Shown here piece after piece: positions 41,132-53,083 of a DNA stretch of 64,000 nucleotides (the stretch's first letter is position 1; every line of letters begins with the position of its first letter). Under the pieces are notes generated by a model, which saw nothing but the letters and a program-made list of their open reading frames with translations, did not search any database and had not been told where the DNA came from. The stretch is from Laetmonice hystrix (Eukaryota): NCBI GenBank assembly GCA_965235115.1, contig OZ249436.1, positions 30,258,001 to 30,322,000 on the forward strand. The letters are read 5' to 3'. The translations under genes were made by a program, and so were the position numbers.

Positions 41132-41370
41132 CTGCAAAAACAAAAGTAAAATGAAGCCTAAAAAATAAGTGTCAGAATTATATGTATAAAGTGTCCTGTT
41201 TTACAAAAATCTTTGCAGTAGGGCTTTTTCAAAATAGGAAAATGGATAGAAAAATACTTTAGTGTTATAGCTCAGACAATGCATATATTGCCACATATAT
41301 CATAGCAAATAAGTCCCTTAATCTTATCAAGTACAACAGATGATGCCTCTCACAACAATCGTATACACAC

Positions 41371-41602
41371 CCCCTACAAAGCCTCCAACAAAGAATCGAA
41401 ACACAGCATAGAGTTGCCATGAATTGGCAAATGATGCGATGAAGCCTGCGAGAAGAAGTAACATGTAGACAATGAAGAAGACACGGCGCCGACCAAAGGT
41501 GTCCGCCAGCTGCCCAGTGATGAGAGCTCCGATAAGAACCCCCATCATCTGGATGGTGGTGATGAGGTGACCGATGTAGTCCTGCCCACAGATCAGGTCC
41601 CA
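41371..41602 (-). CDS. SLC22 transporter coding exon 2 (WDLICGQDY...GQLADTFGRRR...FRFFVGGFVG)
   Basis: ctgcAG acceptor, GTgtgt donor; 232 nt; WDLxC and MFS motif A (GxxxDxFGRR). Confidence 0.94.
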
Positions 41603-41820
41603 CTGCAGACACAAACAAAATACATGTATACCTTGGTACTACTGGGTCACACACCTGGCATCAAAGTCGAAACATTCAATTCAGATCATGAGATGGTATT
41701 TTTTGTTGTTGATGGGGGGGGGGGTGGGGGTGGGGGTGGGGGGCAAGATGGAATGTATCATACTATCATACAGATTCAAGGAATTGTACAATAGGTTTGT
41801 CAGAAGCTGGAAGTAACCCG

Positions 41821-42168
41821 CAGTGGTGTCAACTTTTTTTCAGCAACTGGTAGCCCGGGACTAAGCATCAGGAACCTACTAGCCCGAACTTTCTGTCCAC
41901 TAGCCCGAATTCTATTTTTGGTCTTTATGTTTGTAAAATGCCGATATCAGAGAGACTTTACACTCAAAGGAGGTGAAACCCTGGCCAGGTGACTTTTCCC
42001 TGGCTAAAAATACATGACATCATGAATGATTATATATGATCAAACCGGGATTTCAAGTAGTCAAATGGACTATTAAGCTAGTAGCCCGAGGAAGCATGCC
42101 CTTGGTCTACTCTGGTAGCCCGATCTGAGAATTCAGTAGTCCCGGGCGTTAGAAAGTCATCACTACTG
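41821..42168. mobile_element. Intronic MITE with CAG...CTG ends and tagcccg subterminal repeats (hAT-like)
   Basis: cagtggtg / cactactg; flanks aacccg / aaccct. Confidence 0.65.
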
Positions 42169-42199
42169 AACCCTATCAATATTATAGTTCTACACTTAC

Positions 42200-42541
42200 C
42201 TCTGTGACTATAGACGTGAATGGTGCAGTATATTCATGCCCCTGACATGGTGAGTTGTCTGGTAGACACCTGTCTATATCTTCTGTACCATTGCCAAATA
42301 TGGCACTGGAGTTGCCAGGGCCCGAGACAAAATATGGTGAGCTACTTGGGAAAACCGTGCTGTTTGTGTCATTGTTTGAGCTGCTGAATGCACATGTCCA
42401 TGAAGATTTGCTCGATGCAAAGAGTGATATCAGCATGGCCCATGCTGCTGGAGTTTCAAATGCACTCACGAGGAGAAAAACACGCACTTGAAATGGACCA
42501 AAGCTACCGATCTCATCCAGCACTTCTTCAAATTCAGACAT
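42200..42541 (-). CDS. SLC22 transporter coding exon 1 (MSEFEEVLDEIGSFGPFQ...FTSIVTE)
   Basis: ATG at 42541; family N-terminus FxxxLxxIGxFGxFQ; Cys- and N-glycosylation-site-rich loop; SIVTE|W across GTAAGT donor; joined CDS 1692 nt. Confidence 0.94.
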
Positions 42542-43842
42542 CCTGCACTGATCAATTAATATCACAGTTGAAGCGGGTGTCACAGTCCCAGAGCTTTACA
42601 TGGGTTATGACCTCAACAATATAATCATTCTTGTATCTGTTGGCATGGCAACTGGGCATCATATCCCTGACTCAATGATGTATCCATTCCTGAAAGAAAA
42701 AGCTTTAAGGTAAACAACCATTTGTACATTATACGTCGATATAAAGAAAGCAATACAAGCTGGGTTTCCTGGAGGCCTGCTTTATGGGGAGATGCTGCCC
42801 AAAGAATTACTCCCCCCCCCCCCCCCAAAAAAAAGAGAAAATAGCATATACCCGATAGATCACTGCAGTTTTTTCACCTGGAGTCTCACCTCAAAGTTTG
42901 GGCTGTGGCCACTGGCCATCTATCCAGGCCCTGCCCCCCCCCCCCCCCCCCCGTCCCACAGAGCCAGACGACAGGATAGTTCCCCGAATCACAAACCAGT
43001 GGTCACTACACTCGCATTTGGACTGAGGACTTACAAATTTAATTATTAATTTTTAAATCTGGCTATATCATTATGGCCTGTCTATTACTTGGGAGGGAAG
43101 AGCTCAGCCATTCCAGTAACCTTTTTCCCTGACCATGAGATCCAAATCCTCCCTGCGGCTACCTTTTGGGTGTGGCGCTTTGTTACGTACATGTACATGT
43201 ATGTACCAGAGATGCCTGTCCTGGGTGCCACCAAAAGGTGGACCACCAAATCTCACCAAATGGAGCCCCTCCCCAATGTCCTGAGTGGAGTTGTGGCAGA
43301 GTCATCTCTGCTCTCTCTCCCCACCTGATGTAATGTGCGACTCATTATTGTCTGGGAACATCTAACATCGAGTAAACATTCCCATGTAACATCATACACC
43401 AATCCTAATCCTATTCAAGAGTGAATATTTCTCTCTACAATACCTAAAACACGACATGTGTGTGCCCAATGACATTACACTGCCAGGGGGAACCAACTGG
43501 GGGGAACACACACCTCCCATACTTCTAAGTTCTGGGCTTTCATAACGACATTTGCCCTAATCATAGGGGTCATCCATTTGTGTACGTAGGCCCCCCTCTC
43601 CCTATAGTTCAGCACATGCACCCCACATCTAGCACCTTAAATGTCAAATGTAATTTTGTCAGGGCAGTCTGTTTGTATCCATACTGGTTAAATGAATCAT
43701 CAGGGTTGTCACATTCTAGACAATGATGACTTGTGATGATCAATTCACTGGCCACAAAATCACAAATAGCAGCACAGTGAAGAACGGCCACAAGTTCCAG
43801 CAGTTGATTTGCATTCTGGAAAAAGGCTGAGGGGGCATTTAG

Positions 43843-44201
43843 CAGGCTTTTCTTTTTGAAAAATCCGGGGGAGCTATAAATCACTCTCGAAGCATTAGCA
43901 TCGGGAGCTTTTCACACCTGAAAATTTGCTCCCCAAGAAATGTCTTCGGAAGTGATTTAGTAGCCAAAGTGCGACTATTGACTGACACATAGTGAGGCAT
44001 TGACACTTTTGACAGTATCACTCATTAGATTTTGTACTGTCTAGCATGAATTAGTTTGCTCCCTAACTTTAACCTAAAGATACATTATATGTCATTTTTT
44101 TTTTATATTATAAATTCTATGGAGCACGATTAATCGCGCCCCTAGATCACATTTTACCAGCACGATGGAGCGCAAGCACGCCCGATTAAAAGGAAAGCCT
44201 G
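43843..44201. mobile_element. MITE with CAGGCTTT...AAAGCCTG ends (hAT-like)
   Basis: caggcttttctttt / aaaaggaaagcctg; flanks atttag / ttttag. Confidence 0.7.
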
Positions 44202-44282
44202 TTTTAGGCAGCTAGGCACTTTGATTTGATTTGATTATAGAATAGTAGATTCAGATAAAGACCTGTCGACCAGAGCCAAATG

Positions 44283-44689
44283 CAGGGGGGAAAATCAAAG
44301 GTTTTAGGAACTAGGGGCCGGTTTTACTAAAGGTCCTTATTTAAGGACGTCGCTAATTTAACATAGAAGTGAATGGTTGCTAGGTCGTTATTTTCCACCT
44401 AGCAACCCATTCACTTCTATGTTAAATTAGCGACGTCCTTAAATAAGAACCTTTAGTAAAACCGGCCCCAGATCTAGCCACCCGGGCTAGTAAAGTAAAA
44501 AATCAACTAGCCCAGATGAAAATTTACTAGCCCACATGATGAAAATGTCAGCCCCAGTCAGACCCGGTAAGTAGGCCTATCCCCAGAATATGTTACTCGC
44601 TAACCGGGCATGTTTTCTGTGAATGTCTAGTCGCCCGAGCTCTAATTCTGTCGCCTCAGTTGACCGGTCGACTCCAAATGCCACCCCTG
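44283..44689. mobile_element. MITE with CAGGGG...CCCCTG ends, interrupted by a palindromic MITE
   Basis: Exact 6-bp flanking duplication caaatg; actagccc repeats as in 41821-42168. Confidence 0.65.
44315..44468. mobile_element. Near-perfect palindromic MITE (PIF/Harbinger-like) nested in the 44283-44689 element
   Basis: ~70-bp arms gggccggttttactaaagg...tgctaggt / acctagca...cctttagtaaaaccggccc with ~2 differences. Confidence 0.88.
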
Positions 44690-45239
44690 CAAATGCCAGC
44701 TAAATAATACACTGCCAAATCTATATCACCAAGATTGCCAGAACTGTAAAAGATTCAAGATCAAGTGTAACAAATTAACACTGACACAGCCAACCTAGAC
44801 AGTATAGTAATAATCTAACTGAGATTAACGTACTCCCTATATTAATAAGCTTGCTAGGATAGAATTACCACCATAAACCACCCTATTTCATCATGTGATG
44901 ACAGATCTAATCTGTACTTGTGTGAGTCACTGAGAGTCCGACCACTCCCCACTCGCACTGCTGTCACTGTATCTCACCAATCTTTGTATGATATTAAATG
45001 TCTTGTCTAATGACTAATCATGTTTACAGCATTGGCATTGCAACTGAGTTACTGACAAGCCTTGACAACAAACATAGTCATACTCATATATGCCATCATT
45101 GTACTTTGTAGTCAGTCTCACACTCAGTCTGAGTGACAGCGACGGATGATGCCTTGTTTTGTCTACCAACTGCAATGTACTCACAAAAGCTAGTAGTAGC
45201 AGAAAGGCCATGCTAACTTAACTTAGTTATCAAGACTAC

Positions 45240-45376
45240 CTCTTTCAATCCCACATTATCTTGCAAGAATTACGATGCCTTTGCCTGCCTTTGGCCTGTC
45301 CGCAGCAGCCTACACACACCACCACACACTCACGTGGAGACAGTTTTCCGATCGACCACCAACAGTGACTTTTATA
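45240..45376 (-). promoter_or_regulatory. Candidate TATA box and non-coding first exon of the SLC22 gene
   Basis: TATAAAA on - strand at 45376-45370; possible donor gagGTagtc near 45239; a strong acceptor at 42690 upstream of the ATG implies an upstream exon. Confidence 0.35.
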
Positions 45377-47146
45377 ACCCTTACACAGGAGAGTTCTACA
45401 TCACGAGCGCCACCTGTTGAACAACGTTTCTGAAGGTGCTACCATCTGCTGGTGACGAAATGAAGGAGGATTTGGCTTGGGCAGATCAATTTCTGTTTTT
45501 TTTTCTTTCTGTCTTTTTTCACATTCTCTAACACGATTTTTTTTCGACGTAAGCCTATATTTTTGATATTATGATGTAATTTAAACTTATTTGAGATGTG
45601 TTCCAATCCAGTTATCTCTGGAAACCGAAACCAAAAGATCTCTGGACTGCCAGGGCCGGATCCAGCTAGCCTAGGCCATGATTCTTTTTTTTTTTTTTTT
45701 TTTGGGGGGGGGGGGGGGCACAGTGTGTATAGGTGGATGAATGGATCCATAAAGCTACCTGACATGGGCAAGGCCAAGGGTCACTCAGTAGGGCCTATAG
45801 GGGGAAAATTTCGGGGGGCTAGCTGTGCCCCCCCCCCCCTAAATCCGCCACTGACTGCAGCACATAAAACACAACGTTTTCTCGCCTGTTGGTCTAATAG
45901 GCCTATAGATTCTAGGCCCTAACAGATAAAGAATTATAACTATAAGTTTTAAAGCTCTCTTTTCCTTTGATCGCGGCATGCTCCGCCCTGAATTTGTGGG
46001 TCTGTTTTAGCCTAGGGCCCGTGACCATTTGTTTTGAGTCTGATAACCCGTAAGCCTCCTGAAGCCAGAAACTTTTTTTGATAGGCCTAGCCGGCAATCT
46101 TTTACCTGCTGGGATGGCGTTCCTCATCGTGTGATATGACGTAAAAAGGCTGGTTTAGACCATAGATCTATAGTCCGTCAGCTGACCTTCGGCCGATCAT
46201 CATCATCAGATATAAAAGTTTCTGGCTTCAGGAAGGGTGTCTTGTATAGGGAAGTTAGGTTTCACTTGGAACCAAAAGGTCCTGTACGGGGGAGAAGGGT
46301 TTCTTGTAGGAAAGTTAGGTTCCACGTGGAACCCAAGGGTTCTATAAGCCTAAAAGGGTTCCTATTATGAAGGTAAAGTTCCACATTGAACATAGATGTT
46401 CTTTAGGCCCTGATACTTTATTGAGTCAGACGAAGGTTGTTCGATCTCAAACTGCGCATGATCGCCCTAGGCGAGCATGCGCAGCAGGACTGCTCTCCAG
46501 TTTGGGAGGAACTAAAAACTGACGCACCTGTTGCCTTGATCGATTTGGAAGGCAGCGAATTACGTTAATTGACAGCTTTTTAAGCAAAATATGTTAGAAC
46601 ATAGACGCTATAGGAATTAAGCCTACCGATGTCAGGGGACATATCAGGGTGGATACGGATCTGGGCAGCCGTGGGTTTCGGCCGCCTGCATTCGTCCCAC
46701 TCGGATTCGTGTGATGTTGACGGAGGTCATGGCCCCTGAGGCCCGGCGCCACTCTGACTCCGACCGCGAGCAATGGCAGCTAAAATAGTGTCAGCATGGT
46801 CAGCACAGACCTGCTGCGTTTAGTTGTGACTGTGACTGTGGGACTGACCCCCGTCAATTTGCCACCCGCCTCGGCTGCCTTTAGCCTAGTATAGCCTAGC
46901 CCTGGCATGCAATAGATTAGCCCTGGAACGTCACTTCCGGCCAGCCCAATAGCAACAAATGGCTGCGCTGCTGAAGCGATTTTGACACGGTTGTCATGTT
47001 CAATATATATGACTTCTTGGAATAGGGGGACATTTATTTCCAACCACTACTCTGAAAGGTGAGTATATAGAGGCCTTGCAGCTGTCCAAATGTGATTTTT
47101 GACTGGACTTTAATTTAAGGATCTTGACACTTCTGACGACTGCAGA

Positions 47147-47617
47147 GGGGCTGTCCATAAATGACGTCATGCCTTTTTGGGCCATTTTTGACCCCCTCCC
47201 CCCTATGTCATGTGCCAGACCCCAGACCCCCTAAAAAAATTATGTCATGTGTCCAGTAACCCCCCCCCCCCCCCGAAGTACAGTCTACAGATACATAAAA
47301 TAGTTATTCAGAATAGTAAATATGTGTTTAACATCACATTAGGCACTCAGAATGCCACCTGTAGATTGCTTTATTTTTAATATCTATTTTAATACTATAG
47401 ATTTCCAAGAGAGGAGATTATTTTAATTATTTTTACTTTTAAAATAGAGACTTCAATACCAAGTGGCTTGAGAGCCACTAACCTAGAGTGGCTAAACTAA
47501 AAAATTAAGACATGACGTCATACATGATCTGACCCCCCCCCTCCCCCTTGTCATAGCTTGTCATAAAATCCCCCCCCCCCTCCCCCCTTTGCCATGACGT
47601 CATTTATGGACGACCAC
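47147..47617. mobile_element. MITE with 3-bp target duplication (PIF/Harbinger-like)
   Basis: TIR ggggctgtccataaatgacgtcatg / catgacgtcatttatggacgaccac; AGA on both sides. Confidence 0.8.
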
Positions 47618-47660
47618 AGAGAAACTGCTTAGGCCTAGTCTGATAAGCATTAGGGCCTAT

Positions 47661-47745
47661 TTAACCCTTTCACTGCGCATAGATCTACCCCGCAGTGCGG
47701 TGTAGACGTCTTAAAACGCGTATACACCGCACTGCGGTGTCCTGC
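47661..47745 (+). mobile_element. Orphan piggyBac-like terminus
   Basis: TTAA-ccctttcactgcg followed by internal hairpin ccgcagtgcggtgta / tacaccgcactgcgg; no partner end seen. Confidence 0.45.
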
Positions 47746-47849
47746 CACTCTAAATAACAACGTGTCGAATTAACGCGTGAAAGTGTTACTTTTGTAAAAG
47801 TAGGTGCCTCGTCTCAAGCTCACGGTTCTCACATCCCCAGATGATGCCC

Positions 47850-50800
47850 CAGGGTGTGACTAAATACCGGAATCCCCCGGAATCCCTTGGAATTTACCGG
47901 AATCCCCCGGAATCTACAGGAATCCCCCGGAATCTACCGGAATCCCCCGGAATCTACCGGAATCTACCGGAATCCCCCCGGCTTTGGGCTCGGAAGGCCC
48001 CAGAGTGTCCCTGGAGCACATTGGAATCCGCCGGACTTTGCCGGATTTGACACAATTCGAGAAAAGGGCAAGTGACTAAATACCGGAATCCCCCTGTATC
48101 TCTCTAATTTACCCCAAAATGTACCGGAATCTCCCCGGCTTTGGGCTCGGAAGGCCCCAGAGTGTCACTGGAGCACATTGGAATCCGCCGGACTTTGCCG
48201 GATTTGACACAATTCGAGAAAAGGGCAATTGACTAAATACCGGAATCCCCCTGTATCTCTCTAATTTACCCCAAAATGTACCGGAATCCCCCCGGCTTTG
48301 GGCTCGGAAGGCCCCAGAGTGTCCCTGGAGCACATTGGAATCCGCCGGACTTTGCCGGATTTGACACAATTCGAGAAAAGGGCAAGTGACTAAATACCGG
48401 AATCCCCCTGTATCTCTCTAATTTACCCCAAAATGTACCGGAATCTCCCCGGCTTTGGGCTCGGAAGGCCCCAGATTCTCACTGGAGCACATTGGAATCC
48501 GCCGGACTTTGCCGGATTTGACACAATTCGAGAAAAGGCAAAATGACTAAATACCGGAATCCCCCTGTATCTCTCTAATTTACCCCAAAATGTACCGGAA
48601 TCTCCCCGGCTTTGGGCTCGGAAGGCCCCAGAGTGTCCCTGGAGCACATTGGAATCCGCCGGACTTTGCCGGATTTGACACAATTCGAGAAAAGGGCAAG
48701 TGCCTAAATACCGGAATCCCCCTGTATCTCTCTAATTTACCCCAAAATGTACCGGAATCCCCCCGGCTTTGGGCTCGGAAGGCCCCAGAATGTCCCTGGA
48801 GCACATTGGAATCCGCCGGACTTTGCCGGATTTGACACAATTCGAGAAAAGGGCAAGTGACTAAATACCGGAATCCCCCTGTATCTCTCTAATTTACCCC
48901 AAAATGTACCGGAATCCCCCCGGCTTTGGGCTCGGAAGGCCCCAGAGTGTCCCTGGAGCACATTGGAATCCGCCGGACTTTGCCGGATTTGACACAATTC
49001 GAGAAAAGGGCAAGTGACTAAATACCGGAATCCCCCTGTATCTCTCTAATTTACCCCAAAATGTACCGGAATCCCCCCGGCTTTGGGCTCGGAAGGCCCC
49101 AGAGTGTCCCTGGAGCACATTGGAATCCGCCGGACTTTGCCGGATTTGACACAATTCGAGAAAAGGGCAAGTGACTAAATACCGGAATCCCCCTGTATCT
49201 CTCTAATTTACCCCAAAATGTACCGGAATCCCCCCGGCTTTGGGCTCGGAAGGCCCCAGAGTGTCCCTGGAGCACATTGGAATCCGCCGGACTTTGCCGG
49301 ATTTGACACAATTCGAGAAAAGGGCAAGTGACTAAATACCGGAATCCCCCTGTATCTCTCTAATTTACCCCAAAATGTACCGGAATCTCCCCGGCTTTGG
49401 GCTCGGAAGGCCCCAGATTCTCACTGGAGCACATTGGAATCCGCCGGACTTTGCCGGATTTGACACAATTCGAGAAAAGGCAAAATGACTAAATACCGGA
49501 ATCCCCCTGTATCTCTCTAATTTACCCCAAAATGTACCGGAATCTCCCCGGCTTTGGGCTCGGAAGGCCCCAGAGTGTCCCTGGAGCACATTGGAATCCG
49601 CCGGACTTTGCCGGATTTGACACAATTCGAGAAAAGGGCAAGTGCCTAAATACCGGAATCCCCCTGTATCTCTCTAATTTACCCCAAAATGTACCGGAAT
49701 CCCCCCGGCTTTGGGCTCGGAAGGCCCCAGAATGTCCCTGGAGCACATTGGAATCCGCCGGACTTTGCCGGATTTGACACAATTCGAGAAAAGGGCAAGT
49801 GACTAAATACCGGAATCCCCCTGTATCTCTCTAATTTACCCCAAAATGTACCGGAATCCCCCCGGCTTTGGGCTCGGAAGGCCCCAGAGTGTCCCTGGAG
49901 CACATTGGAATCCGCCGGACTTTGCCGGATTTGACACAATTCGAGAAAAGGGCAAGTGACTAAATACCGGAATCCCCCTGTATCTCTCTAATTTACCCCA
50001 AAATGTACCGGAATCCCCCCGGCTTTGGGCTCGGAAGGCCCCAGAGTGTCCCTGGAGCACATTGGAATCCGCCGGACTTTGCCGGATTTGACACAATTCG
50101 AGAAAAGGGCAAGTGACTAAATACCGGAATCCCCCTGTATCTCTCTAATTTACCCCAAAATGTACCGGAATCCCCCCGGCTTTGGGCTCGGAAGGCCCCA
50201 GAGTGTCCCTGGAGCACATTGGAATCCGCCGGACTTTGCCGGATTTGACACAATTCGAGAAAAGGGCAAGTGACTAAATACCGGAATCACTCTGGGGCCT
50301 TCCGAGCCCAAAGCCGGGGAGATTCCGGTACATTTTGGGGTAAATTAGAGAGATACAGGGGGATTCCGGTATTTAGTCACTTGCCCTTTTCTCGAATTGT
50401 GTCAAATCCGGCAAAGTCCGGCGGATTCCAATGTGCTCCAGGGACACTCTGGGGCCTTCCGAGCCCAAAGCCGGGGGGATTCCGGTACATTTTGGGGTAA
50501 GTTAGAGAGATACAGGGGGATTCCGGTATTTAGTCACTTGCCCTTTTCTCGAATTGTGTCAAATCCGGCAAAGTCCGGCGGATTCCAATGTGCTCCAGGG
50601 ACAGTCTGGGGCCTTCCGAGCCCAAAGCCGGGGGGATTCCGGTACATTTTGGGGTAAATTAGAGAGATACAGGGGGATTCCGGTATTTAGTCAATTGCCC
50701 TTTTCTCGAATTGTGTCAAATCCGGCAAAGTCCGGCGGATTCCAATGTGCTCCAGTGACACTCTGGGGCCTTCCGAGCCCAAAGCCGGGGAGATTCCGGT

Positions 50801-53083
50801 ACATTTTGGGGTAAATTAGAGAGATACAGGGGGATTCCGGTATTTAGTCACTTGCCCTTTTCTCGAATTGTGTCAAATCCGGCAAAGTCCGGCGGATTCC
50901 AATGTGCTCCAGGGACACTCTGGGGCCTTCCGAGCCCAAAGCCGGGGAGATTCCGGTACATTTTGGGGTAAATTAGAGAGATACAGGGGGATTCCGGTAT
51001 TTAGTCACTTGCCCTTTTCTCGAATTGTGTCAAATCCGGCAAAGTCCGGCGGATTCCAATGTGCTCCAGTGAGAATCTGGGGCCTTCCGAGCCCAAAGCC
51101 GGGGAGATTCCGGTACATTTTGGGGTAAATTAGAGAGATACAGGGGGATTCCGGTATTTAGTCACTTGCCCTTTTCTCGAATTGTGTCAAATCCGGCAAA
51201 GTCCGGCGGATTCCAATGTGCTCCAGGGACACTCTGGGGCCTTCCGAGCCCAAAGCCGGGGAGATTCCGGTACATTTTGGGGTAAATTAGAGAGATACAG
51301 GGGGATTCCGGTATTTAGTCACTTGCCCTTTTCTCGAATTGTGTCAAATCCGGCAAAGTCCGGCGGATTCCAATGTGCTCCAGGGACACTCTGGGGCCTT
51401 CCGAGCCCAAAGCCGGGGGGATTCCGGTACATTTTGGGGTAAATTAGAGAGATACAGGGGGATTCCGGTATTTAGTCACTTGCCCTTTTCTCGAATTGTG
51501 TCAAATCCGGCAAAGTCCGGCGGATTCCAATGTGCTCCAGGGACACTCTGGGGCCTTCCGAGCCCAAAGCCGGGGGGATTCCGGTACATTTTGGGGTAAA
51601 TTAGAGAGATACAGGGGGATTCCGGTATTTAGTCACTTGCCCTTTTCTCGAATTGTGTCAAATCCGGCAAAGTCCGGCGGATTCCAATGTGCTCCAGCGA
51701 CACTCTGGGGCCTTCCGAGCCCAAAGCCGGGGGGATTCCGGTACATTTTGGGGTAAGTTAGAGAGATACAGGGGGATTCCGGTATTTAGTCACTTGCCCT
51801 TTTTTCGAATTGTGTCAAATCTGGCAAAGTCCGGCGGATTCCAATGTGCTCCAGGGACACTCTGGGGCCTTCCGAGCCCAAAGCCGGGGGGATTCCGGTA
51901 CATTTTGGGGTAAATTAGAGAGATACAGGGGGATTCCGGTATTTAGTCACTTGCCCTTTTCTCGAATTGTGTCAAATCCGGCAAAGTCCGGCGGAATCTA
52001 ATGTGCTCCAGGGACATTCTGGGGCCTTCCGAGCCCAAAGCCGGGGGGATTCCGGTACATTTTGGGGTAAATTAGAGAGATACAGGGGGATTCCGGTATT
52101 TAGTCATTTTGCCTTTTCTCGAATTGTGTCAAATCCGGCAAAGTCCGGCGGATTCCAATGTGCTCCAGGGATACTCTGGGCCCTTCCGAGCCCAAAGCCG
52201 GGGGGATTCCGGTACATTTTGGGGTAAATTAGAGAGATACAGGGGATTCCGGTATTTAGTCATTTTGCCTTTTCTCGAATTGTGTCAAATCCGGCAAAGT
52301 CCGGCGGATTCCAATGTGCTCCAGGGATACTCTGGGCCCTTCCGAGCCCAAAGCCGGGGGGATTCCGGTACATTTTGGGGTAAATTAGAGAGATACAGGG
52401 GGATTCCGGTATTTAGTCATTTTGCCTTTTCTCGAATTGTGTCAAATCCGGCAAAGTCCGGCGGATTCCAATGTGCTCCAGCGATACTCTGGGCCCTTCC
52501 GAGCCCAAAGCCGGGGGGATTCTGGTACATTTTGGGGTAAATTAGAGAGATACAGGGGGATTCCGGTATTTAGTCATTTTGCCTTTTCTCGAATTGTGTC
52601 AAATCCGGCAAAGTCCGGCGGATTCCAATGTGCCCCAGGGACACTCTGGGGCCTTCCGAGCCCAAAGCCGGGGGGATTCCGGTACATTTTGGGGTAAATT
52701 AGAGAGATACAGGGGGATTCCGGTATTTAGTCATTTGCCCTTTTCTCGAATTGTGTCAAATCCGGCAAAGTCCGGCGGATTCCAATGTGCTCCAGGGATA
52801 CTTTGGGCCCTTCCGAGCCCAAAGCCGGGGGGATTCCGGTACATTTTGGGGTAAATTAGAGAGATACAGGGGGATTCCGGTATTTAGTCATTTGCCCTTT
52901 TCTCGAATTGTGTCAAATCCGGCAAAGTCCGGCGGATTCCAATGTGCTCCAGGGATACTTTGGGCCCTTCTGAGCCCATATTCGAGGGGATTCCGGTAGA
53001 TTCCGGGGGATTCCGGTAGATTCCGGGGGATTCCGGGGGATTCCGGGGGATTCCGGGGGATTCCGGTATTTAGTCACACCCCT
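47850..53083. mobile_element. ~5.2 kb foldback-type element: opposed tandem arrays of a 157-bp unit with matching termini
   Basis: Left gggtgtgactaaataccggaatccccc + 10-bp ccggaatc(cc/ta) repeats, ~15 units on +; orientation switch at ~50288; ~17 units on -; 10-bp repeats and gggggattccggtatttagtcacaccc at right. Confidence 0.85.
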
